From the NCBI GenBank assembly GCA_032718475.1, contig JAUCBJ010000116.1:1-64000 (forward strand): DNA of 64,000 bases, read 5' to 3'. The translations under genes were made by a program, and so were the position numbers. The notes beneath the pieces were generated by a model. The model was given only the letters and a program-made list of their open reading frames with translations, was not told the DNA's origin and made no database searches. The DNA is from Nemertoderma westbladi (Eukaryota; Animalia; Xenacoelomorpha). Positions 21,839 to 33,892 of this stretch are shown piece by piece. Numbering within the stretch: the first letter of the stretch is position 1; each line of letters opens with the position of its first letter.

Positions 21839-24440
21839 TTTTTGATAATTCTTCAATTATCCTTCTAAGTGCCAAAATGGGCTCCATGGTCCCACGACCT
21901 TTACGGAACCCATTCTGATTTCCACGGAGCAGTCTCTCAATGGGATCCCTGATGCGATTTAATAGAATCCTATTGTATAGCTTTGCAGCAATCGAGATCA
22001 ATGAGATTCCCCGAAAAGAACCATAGAGTGTTAGGTTGCCCTTCTTGGGAACTGGCACCAACTTATTTGTTTTCATTTCTTGTGGGACTCTTGTTGTTCG
22101 GTACATGTCTACTATGATGGGATAGATGAGCTTTAAACACTCAGGTATTTTAAAGACCTCAGGGGGAACACCATCTACTCCACTGGCACGATTGGTCTTA
22201 ATGCTCTTTGCAGCAGCCTTCACTTCTGCAAAGGAGATATCGCCAATGGGAATATCTGGGAGTACAGACTCAGACACTTTTACTTCTATAAAGTTATCAG
22301 GCAATACCCTGTCATTATTGAGGAGCTTTTCAAAGTGGGCTTTCCAACCATTGAGGCGATCGGCTGGGGATTCAGCCTTAACCTTGGTGGTTGGTTGGCT
22401 TTTCCGCCCAGTAAGCAAATTGATCGATTTCCATGACTGGGATGATTGCCTGCTGTCGTCAGCATCATTGATGGCATCAACCTGTTGGTTTATTAGCTCC
22501 TGTAGATTAACAGAGTACTGCCTGTTCAGGGACCTAGATGCAGCCTTAACTGCATTCTTGGCCGCTGTAGTCTGTTTGAGTCGGGACTCTTTCTGCGCCT
22601 CATGAAGGTCATTTCGGCACTTCTGAATTTTGTTGTCAGTCCAGGGGGCCCTTTTCCTGTTTCGAGGGTATACAGGAACTGTTTATGCAGCTGCTAACTT
22701 AACTGCTTCTGTAAAGGCAGTATAGCCCTCACAGTGATCTGCCGCCTCAGAGGCAAGAGCCTCATACCTATTGCTCAGCTGTAGTGTGAAGCTGGATCTC
22801 ACACTTGGCTGTTGCAACAGAGAGGACCAGTAATGCCGCGGCAAGGCAGATTTCGTTGTTCTGCTAGCACGCAGACTAAGTCTTACCTTGGCTACAATAA
22901 GGCGGTGATCACTGGAGAAGGGTCGAAGTGTAAATGCATTACAGTCTTGTATAGAGCTCCTGTATTTCCTACGAAACAGAATATGGTCTAACTGGGACTT
23001 GTGACCACTGGGTCCACTATGAGTCCATAGCTTTCCTATTCGCTTCTTGACTGGGTTCCAGCCGAAAACAATCCATTTCCAGAGATAAAATCCTGAAGAT
23101 GGACAGAATTTCGGTTAACACTATTGCTATAGACCCAGGGCGATGTAGGTGATTGATGCAGACTCGCATTAAAGTCTCCCAGGAATGTTAAGAATGCATG
23201 CTGATCCACTCCATCAGTAGCTGCTTGTAGATTGTGGTAGAAATTTTCCACCTCCTCTACAGGGGCAACACTAGTTGGAGAGTAGCACACAATCAGAACC
23301 ACCTTAGGAAACTTCTTAACCAGTCTTCCAGAACATGAGAAGTGGCAACGGATGATGCGGTTAGAGATTTGGTCTATTTTGTCCAATGCTGCATGTGCAG
23401 TTGGATTCATCAATAGACCAATTCCACCATTGCCACTATCATCTGCTGACGCGAGGGCGAGTCGCCAACCGCCCCCCATGTCCTTAATCACAACCTCATC
23501 AGTCTGTCCAGTCTGCATTCGGTGCTCTTGAACACCCACTGCGCTAAGAGAAAGCTTATCTGCCAAGGCAGTCAGCTCACCTTGTCGCATTGGGGACCCG
23601 ACATGTTAGGGTGTTTACTGAGGCTAGTCTAGTGACTTGCCTCAGATTCACCAATGGCTTTGTTGGTCGGGGTGGAACATGAGAGTAGCCTCCAACTCCA
23701 GAATTCCTCTCCCCATCACAATCTGGCCTCCCTGGTGACCCAGGGTTTGGGCCAGAAAGGTCATCAGGAAAGGGACTCAAAGAATTGTTGGCTGCTCTCT
23801 CTCCAGTAGGGGGTGAGACAGGCAGCCAGTCAGGAGTTAACTGACGCCTGTGAGGCCAATTGTGTCCGGTAATTCCACTGGCCTCTAGTGGCCGGACCTC
23901 CGCATTGCTAATGTAATCCATAGTGGGGGTTGGGGGGTGCTTTTTTGCCGAGCCAGCTCTCAGGGCAAATACCACACCCTGGTTTGCCATTCCACAGGGT
24001 GGGTGTCGCAATGGAGTCAGATATGAGACCCATCACCCATATCTACTCTGGTGTACATGACCCACCATTGGCTGTTGCAGCTCATCTGCTGGGTCATGCC
24101 CTGTACCCTTGCTGCCAGGTGCAGGTCGCAGTGAAGTGCTCTCAGAGTGGACATGAGAACACTCTACTCCTGACCAGCCATTGGTAGATCACCATCTGCC
24201 TGGTCAGGCCATATACCCCTGCAGCCAAGTATATGGGTCCTTAATCCAGGACCAAGGGCGTCCTTATCCCAGAACGAAGGGGGTCCTAGTTACAGGACCA
24301 GATTTGCCCTAGTAAGAGGGGCTATGCAGCTACAGGTGGCACCTCCTTTATGCTGCATGGAGGTGGCAAGTTTTCTTGATCAATGACCTAGAATACCTGA
24401 CCTGACCCGACGCTGTACTGCAATGCTCTCTGGTCACGTA
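21839..24440 (-). mobile_element. RTE-like LINE (5'UTR, APE endonuclease, start of RT), frameshifted and interrupted by element A
   Basis: VGVQEHR, GIGLL, VCYSPT, LGDFNA, LDHILF, SDHRL; RT ASGVDG, PKKGNL, RGISL, QNGFRKGR; 5' boundary approximate. Confidence 0.8.
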
Positions 24441-24964
24441 GTAATTACTCATCAATTGTTTACAACCGACTTAGAGTAGCGTACAATAACGCAGCACAAT
24501 AAGCTTTTCTCGATCCCGTTTGGTGCTAGTATGTCGAATTTCTTCGGTTGTAATAATTTACCATGTTTCATTCACATTCGATATAAATCAATTTCCAGTT
24601 TACATAGTAGAATTTCTATGTCTAATAATGTAATCATCAATTCAATTATTTGCTATGCATATTTTCATGGTTCACGAATTAATGATATGTGCGATTCAAG
24701 AAATTTGGTTTCATAGTTTATATCCCATTATCCTCCCTTAGTAATTTTCTCTTAATAACTACATATTTATAATTAGTATAAATTATAATATCATATGTGC
24801 TGTAGGTAGATAGATCGATGTAGAATAGTTACAAATAGATATGGGCTGATTGTTGTTTGTAATATAAATATCATGTTGCCTGCTGTAAATGATAAATAAT
24901 AATAATAATATTAAGAATGCTATGCCGGCTTGATATGTCAGTAAACCATCCAAAAATCAACTAA

Positions 24965-25957
24965 TCTATATATATAAATATCGATTGTCTGTCTGTGTGT
25001 TTGTCATCGGCGGGAAACGTCGTTATATCGAGGTGAATTTTATACATCATTTATGTGCGAATGCGTATTTGTGGTCAAATTGGGCTATTATTCCATAACC
25101 ATTTTCAGCCAAATTTGTCAACCAGCAGGAAACTCTATAACAGCGGTTGCACCAACAGACTCAATCTGTTCTAAATGATACTTTGCAGATACGTTCCTGA
25201 CCATAGACTGTGTGTTTTGGAAGACACTGATCAATCTGCAGTCCTCCAGTCTGCCACTAGGGGGCGAAATGTCAGAAACTGAAAACCTTCTCCCATTTCG
25301 TTATTATTAAAGCCTTTTAGCTGATCTGTGGCAGAGGTCTACTATACCATAGGCTGTGTGTTTTCGGAGGATGCTGACCAATCTGCAATTCCCCAGTCTG
25401 CCGCTAGGGGGAGAAATATCTGAAAGTGAAAACCTTATCCCATTTCATTGTTTATAATGCTTTTTTGCTGATACTTGGCAGAGGTCTACTACACAAAGAC
25501 TGCGTGTTTGGGGAGGAGCTAGAACAAGTCTGCATTTCTCCAGTCTACCGCTAGGGGGCCAAATGTCTGAAAGTGAAAACCTTATCCCATTTCGTTATTA
25601 ATAATGCTTTTAAGCTGACACTTGGCAGATGTGTATTACACCATACTGTAGGGTGTGTGTCTGGAGAGGACGCCGAACAACCTGCAGTTCTCTATTCGGC
25701 CGCTAGGGGGCGAAATGACGGAACGTGAAAACCTTATCCCATTTTGATGTGTATAATGTTTTTAGGCTGATACTTGTCAGAGGTCTACTACATCAAAGAC
25801 TGCGTGTTTGTGGAGAACTAAGACCAATCTGCAATAGCTCTGTCTGCCGCTAGGGGGCGCAATGTCTGAAAGTGCAAACCTTTATGCATTTCATTGTTTA
25901 TAATGCTTTTTTGCTGATACTTGGCAGAGGTCTACTACACCATAGACTGTGTGTATT
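24965..25957 (+). mobile_element. Truncated non-autonomous Helitron-like element (family H1) with five ~147-bp repeats
   Basis: TCTATATATATAAA start, (GTCT)n, homology to 29050-31166 and 62824-64000. Confidence 0.7.
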
Positions 25958-27019
25958 TGAAACAGAACCAATTTACTCTCCCATTCAAATTATAATTTAA
26001 TTAGTATTACTTATAGGCAGCAGAGCATATGGTAGTCCCTGGCCATCATAAATACATCATTGGACTGGTTTTAAGTTCTTGAATATATTTATTTTTAAGT
26101 TCTTGTATATACTTATACGATTATGTAATATTTAGAACTTGTTCAAAGATATCAATTATATCAGAAATAATGCTGCAACAAAATCATAATTAACTTCAAT
26201 ATTATACTTTAATATATTCTTGGTAAATCTGCCCAAACCTGCACTGTTGCGAACATGACATGTGTTCATATGTTTATAGAGATAATATATATATACCAAT
26301 CTGTCAGTATCCTCTCCTACAATTCAATGTTACTCTAAATTTAATTATCCTAGCCAGTCGTCCACAGGGACATCTATGTGTTGACGTGGTGGTTGCCACA
26401 AAAGTAGATCCGTCTTCACTTCTCTAGATTCCATGTTTATTTATATTACATATTAGTCAGTTCAGCAGTTAGTACTTAGTAGTAGGCCTACTGCAGGTAT
26501 TGTAGGCAGTTTAGATAAATCAAATTGCTTGTTAGAAAACTGTGCAAGTTACAAAAGCGTGAACACCCTACACTGGCTTGCTGTAAGTGAACTAGTTAGT
26601 TCACTTGTTGCCAATTCTTCTGATTGGTTCTTAGCTATTGGGGTAGTAGAAATTAAGATATAGTAATCGATTGGTTAGTACTCTCTAGCAAGTCACTGAA
26701 ACAATATTGGGGAATCGCCTACAGTGATTCATCCCTGTACAATCTATGCACTATGGATAAGCAATATATATATATATGTGTGTGTGAAACCCGTTTACTG
26801 TATGACAATATAATAGATTGCTCAACACATGATCTTCACTTTGATTGGCCGACAGGCCATATTGCTACATTGACTTTGCTAGGTAGTAATAAGACAGCTC
26901 AACTGCATGCAACCCAACAGCTCAACTACATGCATTTCTCAAAAAGACGCAGCATTTGTTATGTTACATATACTCCAAGAATCAGCTTAAACATATTAAG
27001 ATCAACGAAATGGACAATG

Positions 27020-27230
27020 TTATTATCACTTTCATATGTTCGCCATCTAGCGGTAGACTGGAGAACTGTAGATGAATTACCTTCCTAAAAAAAGATTCAG
27101 CATTTGGTTGCATTCAGCAATAATGAGCCAATTTCATATGTTCACCATTTAGCGGTAGACTGGAGAACTGTAGATGAATCACCTTCATAAAGAATGATTC
27201 AGCATTTGGATGCATTCAGCAATAATTAGC
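27020..27230 (-). repeat. Two inverted remnants of the CTCF-motif repeat unit
   Basis: Reverse complement reads CTACAGTTCTCCAGTCTACCGCTAGATGGCG. Confidence 0.7.
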
Positions 27231-27362
27231 ATGTCAAAATGGTAACACCGACAATGATAACAACGCAAACAACTTTTTTCCAAAATTTACCCAACCCTGG
27301 CAGCATTGCCAACTTTGTGGCTCGACCCACAAATCATAATTTATTTTAATATTATCTATCTA

Positions 27363-29049
27363 TCTATATAAAAATATCTCGTGTGTCTGTCTGTTCGCTT
27401 TTACGTTTCGCCTCATCTCTACCATTTATCGCGATTGTGACAGATTCGGAACCGGCCTGACTTCGGACGTTGCAACGTGACATTTTCTAGAAAGTTACAG
27501 GTGTCATTTTCGTTTTAACGCCGTTTTATCCCACAAATCAGTGTTAGCTGCTACCCATAAAATATAAAACCATTATTCCAGGTGATCTGCGTTTGTACCT
27601 AGGCAGACGGGGTACTGCTGACTGCGGTACTGGTAATGCATATTACAGAATTAGGCCTATGCCTAAATGCTGTTGTTGTTGCTGTACCGGTGGCCGGTAC
27701 TGCAGTACTGCTGTACTGTGGTAACGGAACGGTAATTTTATTTTTTGGGTTCCCCGGTCAGACTGTCAGACGGTAGCGCAGTAGGCTTTTTGTTCGTATC
27801 GCAGCGGACATGCTGACATGCATTGCTGCACTTCAGCACTTATCAGACTCGTCACGGTCCGCCGGTACCGGTCAGCCGGTACCGGTATTACAGTATTACG
27901 ATTAGGGCTGTAGGGTAACTGATCTGACTGAACTGTACTACAGTACTAGTGTTAGTGTATTATAATACCAGCTGACCGGTACGACTCTGCGACTACTGGT
28001 ACGATGCCTACTGTTATAATCAGATAATGCCTCCGAAAAAGAGAGCCAGACTGACACATAGAAAGAAGAACCGAGATTCTTCCAGGGTGGCGATAACAAG
28101 AGCATTGGAAAATGATGTCGATATGGAAATTCGCCTGGCTACGGATCGAACTGCAACAGCACGATCTTCTGAATCTGCCGCAGAACGGGCAACTCACCAG
28201 ACAGCGCATAGGGTTGCAACTGCAACAGTGCGATCTTTAGAATCTGCCGCGGAACGGGCAACTCGCCGGACAGCGGATAGGGCTGTAGGGTTGCAATTGC
28301 AACAGTCTGACAGTGCGATCTTTAGAATCTGCCGCGTAATGGGCAACTAACTCGCCGGACAGCGGATCGAGTTGCAACTACAATAATGCGTGGCAGTGAA
28401 ACTGCTCAGCAATGGGATGCTCGACAAACTTTAAATCGTGATGGCCAACTCTACGGTCGCATCTTCTGATCTTCCCGAGTTATCCATCCTGATAACCTTC
28501 ACTACGCATTGAAAGAAACAGCCAATGAAGTCACCTGATTGTAATTGATATGTTTCATGAATGGGGACTACAAATTCTCTAATTGGCGACACTGGAGATT
28601 GATTTGTGAGTCCGAGCCCAGATAAATTATCTACAAGGGGGTCGGTCGTGTGTAATCCAGTAATCCGAGCACGGAATGGAAGAATCGTAATTGAAAAATT
28701 TGAGCCACATCGATTTTTTGGCCGGATCTCATCTGGAATCAATTGTCTTACTTGATATTCCATTGCATAATTGTGTAGTTTACAACTTTTATTGGTTGAA
28801 ATTAATTATTTTGTTCAGAATGATTTGGTAATCAATTAAATTTGGTTATTATAAAGAATTCTAATATCTTATTATTATTGTCACTGGGGAAACTCATTAA
28901 GCAGAAATTTCCAAAGGCAGTTTAGTTCATATGACTTTTAATCCATTGATAAAAAAAAAACTTAATTTAATTTAAAACTTAATTTCTCACTTTGTGGCTG
29001 CTTGCGGTCTAACTAGAAAGTCTGTGGCTGAAGGCCACAGGCTTTCTAG
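27363..29049 (+). mobile_element. Internally deleted Helitron (family H3)
   Basis: 5' TC start, 3' hairpin ending CTAG at 29049, RepHel N-terminal remnant; 5' part homologous to 53651-53870. Confidence 0.7.
28027..28440 (+). pseudogene. Remnant of a Helitron RepHel N-terminus with STPR-like ~23-aa repeats
   Basis: MPPKKR start; ESAAERAT...ADR repeats; frameshifted after 28290. Confidence 0.55.
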
Positions 29050-31166
29050 TCTATATATATAAATATCATGTGTTTGTTTGTTTGTCTGTCTGTCTGTCCA
29101 TCAATACGTTTCTACATACAAGCACCAATCGGAGCTCACGGCACATCGAATGGAAGCTCTCGTCAGGAGCACGTGCACTGTCGCTATCTCGAGTCTTATT
29201 TTGCGCATTTGTTTGCGTGAATGCAGATTTCGTGAATGCAGATTTCGTGAATTTGGTACCGGTAGCGCGGTAGGCCTAGCAGTTCATTCTGTCACTCTAC
29301 ATGTTGGGTCTCGACTATTATGCTACTTTTTCATGCGCATCTACGTGATGCAGACTGCCCCGAGTACATGGACGCGAAACGTCGTTATATCGAGGCGAAT
29401 TTTATGCATATTTATGTGCAAATGCGTATTTGTGGTCAAATTGGGCTATTATTCCATAACCATTTTCAGCCAAATTTGTCAACCAGCAGAAAACTCTATA
29501 ACAGCGGTTGCACCAACAGACTCAATCTGTTCTAAATTATACTTTGCAGATACGTTCCTGACCATAGACTGTGTGTTTTGGAAGATACTGATCAATCTGC
29601 AGTTCTCCAGTCTGCCGCTAGGGGGCGAAATGTCTGAAACTGAAAACCTTCTCCCATTTCGTTATTATTAATGCCTTTTAGCTGATCTGTGGCAGAGGTC
29701 TACTATACCATAGGCTGTGTGTTTTCGGAGGATGCTGACCAATCTGTAATTCCCCAGTCTGCCGCTAGGGGGAGAAATATCTGAAAGTGAAAACCTTATC
29801 CCATTTCGTTGTTTATAATGCTTTTTTGCTGATACTTGGCAGAAGTCGACTACACCATAGACTGCGTGTTTGTAGAGAACTCTGAATAATCTGAAATTCC
29901 TCTGTCTGCCGGTAGGGGGCGCAATGTCTGAAAGTGAAAACCTTCACCCATTTCGTTGTTTATACTGCTTTTTTGCTGATACTTGGCAGAGGTCTACTAC
30001 ACAAAGACTGCGTGTTTGGGGAGGAGCTAGAACCAGTCTGCATTTCTCCAGTCTACCGCTAGGGGGCCAAATGTCTGAAAGTGAAAACCTTATCCCATTT
30101 CGTTATTAATAATGCTTTTAGGCTGACACTTGGCAGATGTGTATTACACCATAGGGTGTGTGTCTGGAGAGGACGCCGAACAACCTGCAGTTCTCTATTC
30201 GGCCGCTAGGGGGCGAAATGTCGGAACGTGAAAACCTTATCCCATTTTGATGTATATAATGTTTTTAGGCTGATACTTGTCAGAGGTCTACTACATCAAA
30301 GACTGCGCGTTTGTGGAGAACTAAGACCAATCTGCAATAGCTCTGTCTGCCGCTAGGGGGCGCAATGTCTGAAAGTGAAAATCTTTATGCATTTCATTGT
30401 TTATAATGCTTTTTTGCTGATACTTGGCAGAGGTCTACTACACCATAGACTGTGTGTTTGGGGAGGAGCTAGAACCAGTCTGCATTTATCCAGTCTACCG
30501 CTAGGGGCCAAATGTCTGAAAGTGAAAACCTCTTATCCCATTTCGTTATTAATATGCTTTCAGGCTGACACTTGCCAGATGTGTAATACACCATAGGGTG
30601 TGTGTCTAGGTAAGACGCCGAACAAACTGCAGTTCTCCATTCGGCCGCTAGGGGGCGAAATGTCTGAAAGTGAAAACCTTACCCCGTTTCGTTGTTTCTA
30701 ATGCTTTTAGGCTGATACTTGTCAGAGGTCTACTACACCATAGACTGCGTGTTTGTCGAAAACTCTGACCAATCTGCAATTTCTCAGTCTGCCGCTAGAG
30801 GGTGAAATGTCTCAAGTGAAATCCTTCTCCCATTTCATTGTTTCTAATGCTTTTTTGCTTATACTTGGGAAAGGCATGCTTGACCATAGGCTGTTTGTAT
30901 GTGGAGGACACTAACCAGTCTGCGGATTTCCAGTCTACTGCTAGGGTGCGAAATATCTGAATCTGAAAAGTAAAAACATTCTCACATTTATTTATTAAAA
31001 ATGCTTTTACGCTGATAATTGTCAGAGGTCTACTGTACTACATCATAAAGCTGCATCTATGTGAAGGACGTTGACCAGTGTGGATATCTGAAAAGTAAAA
31101 CAGCATCAGTCCTTTTGTTTGAGAGAACACTCTCAATCATATGAAGTTTTGGTAAGTTAATTAATT

Positions 31167-33085
31167 TATAGAATTATATTCTCATAAATGCCGTGGATTT
31201 TCAAAATTTTATTTTGTTCGAATTAACTTTCTATAAAGATTACATTAAGTCTTCATTTGCATTTACTATATCTATTTGTATAACATTGTTCAAGTGGTTC
31301 AGTAGCTCAGTCGGTTAAGCGTTGGAAATTCGTGTTGTAGGTATCGAGTTCGAATCCCAGTAAGTGTGAATTATTTTTTGTGCTAAGTTTCAACTCATTT
31401 AAATTAACCGCTACGAATTAAATTGCATTTGCTCAAGGTAGATTAACCAATAAGATTGCAGTTATTAGATAGTAACCAATGTCGTGCAAGATACGTGTTC
31501 GCTGGACCAATGATTATCTTTAAAAACCTAGTAGAACTCATAGAACAATCTAGATTTATCTCGATTGATTGCAGCACAAATTTGCTATAAAAGGTGCGAT
31601 TTGTTCATTAGTTATCACTCTTAATCACTTATTAGTTATCTCTCACTTACATCCATTAGTTATTTCAGATTACATTGTTTATATTAATATAATTGTTGGT
31701 TATCTGTAATAAAGTCAGAATTATCGCTATATCTGCCCTTTTCTATCATGTTTCACCACGGTGAACCTAACTGAGGGACAGGATGGCAGGCTAGACATCG
31801 GGCCACAGCAATGAACGGGAACATCGGAGGAATGTAGACAGGAGACCACCCACAATACTGATTCGTAGTTATTCGCCCATCGCCTGAAAGGTTAGACAGC
31901 GTTCGATGCCTCGCTACCTAAGTATAAGACCTGCGATCGAAGGTAGAAGTAGCGACACACTGTATGCCAAAAAATTTAAATTTAGGAACCGTATTATTTT
32001 GACTCGGGAAAACCCGCGGAAACCCTTCGTATTCCTACGGGAGGTGAGGATAGGCAGAGAGATACCAGTACACAGATAGGACACAGGCACACCATTACAC
32101 GGCATGCACATTGGTAGGGTGCAGCAAACTGTACGCCTAACTCATTTGCCAGGTATAGGTGTGCTGGTGGCTTGTCAGTAGTACAACGGTGTTCATCGTT
32201 TGCGTTGGAGCTTGTAGGCCAGGAGAGGGTTACTGTGTTTTTTCCCTGAATTAAAATTATACCGTTCAGGCGGTAGGGCAGTTTACTGCTAGGCATATAA
32301 ATTAAGGCTATTAGGGATACTAACACCTACCGTGTCCCCGCCGACATCCTGTTAGGAAGTTGCCGTGCCCATCTAGGCAACCAAAATTCTAGATAAGAAC
32401 ACCAGGCTAGCTATTTGTAACTGTACGCCTACTGTAGTAAACTAACACATTTCTTCTTAGTATTAGGGACCTGGTAAATAAAATTGCCGAATTCTGGGCG
32501 TAGTATTAACCTTATGCCTGAATTTGAGTCCTGGAAATACACAAAAGGGGGAGGAGCCTTATCATTTGTAAGTATTAGACCTACAAACTACCAAAATTAG
32601 AATATTTGTAAAATGTACACCGGACCCAGTAAATGATATTATACGAAGGATTACAAAATCAATTTGACCCTGAATAAAAACACACGCGCGTTTAGGAATT
32701 ATTTGTACCTCGAAATATATAAAATAATTTGTCCATACCACGGCTTTGCCCGCTAGTTATATTTGTAGCTAGCATCTCTCTCACCCACCATATAAATCAC
32801 ACCGCGGCAAAGTATACGAGCGCTTTTAGTCCGTCAGTGAGTCAGCAAGATTATTAGGATTCACTGCGCGGGATTTTGTTTTATCGAAGTTTGTCCGTTC
32901 GTAGACTGTCTTCTGCCTCACCGGTTATAAGAGACCAATACTGCAATAGATTTGCTTACTTGGAGTTTACTGTTTTGGTGAGAAGGTTGGATTATGCCTT
33001 GATTCACAAACTTTACAGTAGGATATTGCGGTATAAGTTGTTACTGTCTCTTACAACAGTAGGAATGTGACCTATGTTGATTTCA
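31167..33085 (+). repeat. 5' LTR of C (TA...CA termini)
   Basis: About 17 substitutions vs 46973-48891 by eye; TATAAAAG near 31586, TTAGTT Inr-like near 31608, AATAAA near 31708. Confidence 0.93.
31296..31379 (+). promoter_or_regulatory. tRNA-derived Pol III cassette in LTR C (copy at 47102-47185)
   Basis: A-box TAGCTCAGTCGG 31303-31314, B-box GAGTTCGAATCC 31346-31357, T6 terminator 31374-31379; no proper cloverleaf. Confidence 0.7.
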
Positions 33086-33096
33086 GTAGGAATACG
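33086..33096 (+). other. Non-tRNA primer-binding site of C (GTAGGAATACG)
   Basis: Exact reverse complement of CGTATTCCTAC at 32028-32038; directly abuts the LTR end defined by comparing both LTRs. Confidence 0.65.
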
Positions 33097-33892
33097 TTTT
33101 ACTGAACTACGGTTCAGTAGGACTAAAGTTATTTGAAAATTTTGTATTTTGAGGTAAAAATTTGTATTTGATTAGCTAAGTGCTAATTTTTTGAAATAAA
33201 AATTTTGATTTGAACCGCGTGTAAAATATTTGGAATTGAATACCGGTGTTTAAAAGGGTTTAAATACCATATTGTACCGGTACAAAATTTTCATGAAAGT
33301 AAAACCTAACTCTTTTGTTTTTCAGGATTCAGAGCTCATTTCTAGACTGTAACGAGAGCAAGACCGTGTTTAGCAAGTTTGGGAGATAGATAACTCAACA
33401 ACTTTGGTTGGGAAAATCGCACTTCGTCCGCAACGCTGGAAACGGAAAGGTTCACGTCCGGTTTGTATCTGGGAATCTGTTTTCTGGAGAATCATTGGAG
33501 GGGGTGAGTTCGAAAAGTTGCATAAATCACTTAGGCATTACCGTATTAGTTAAAATTATTGTGGGTTCCACTGTCTCAAGTATTTATGCATTCCGCACGA
33601 TTTCTTTGTTTATTGCTGAATTAGTCCGTATTATTGTATTTGATTTACCTTTTGATAACGTATATCGTTATCCGATTTATTTGTTATAAAATTGGCCACC
33701 AGGCTAATTTTATTATATACTTACCCCGTGACATTTATTTGCTGTAAAATTGGCCGCTAGGCTAATTTTATCCATTTGCTATAAAATCGGCCGGTAGGCT
33801 AATTTTATATGACTGTAATTAATACCGTTTAGATATAAATACGGTAAGTTTGATACTTTGACACTCACTTTACTTGACTTACAACTACCGAA

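Noticed and set aside
23860-24440. HDV-like ribozyme in the RTE 5'UTR
   Set aside because: Many hairpins are present, but I could not assemble the nested pseudoknot by eye; it needs a descriptor search.
31296-31368. Functional tRNA gene
   Set aside because: The acceptor and T stems do not pair; only the promoter boxes remain.
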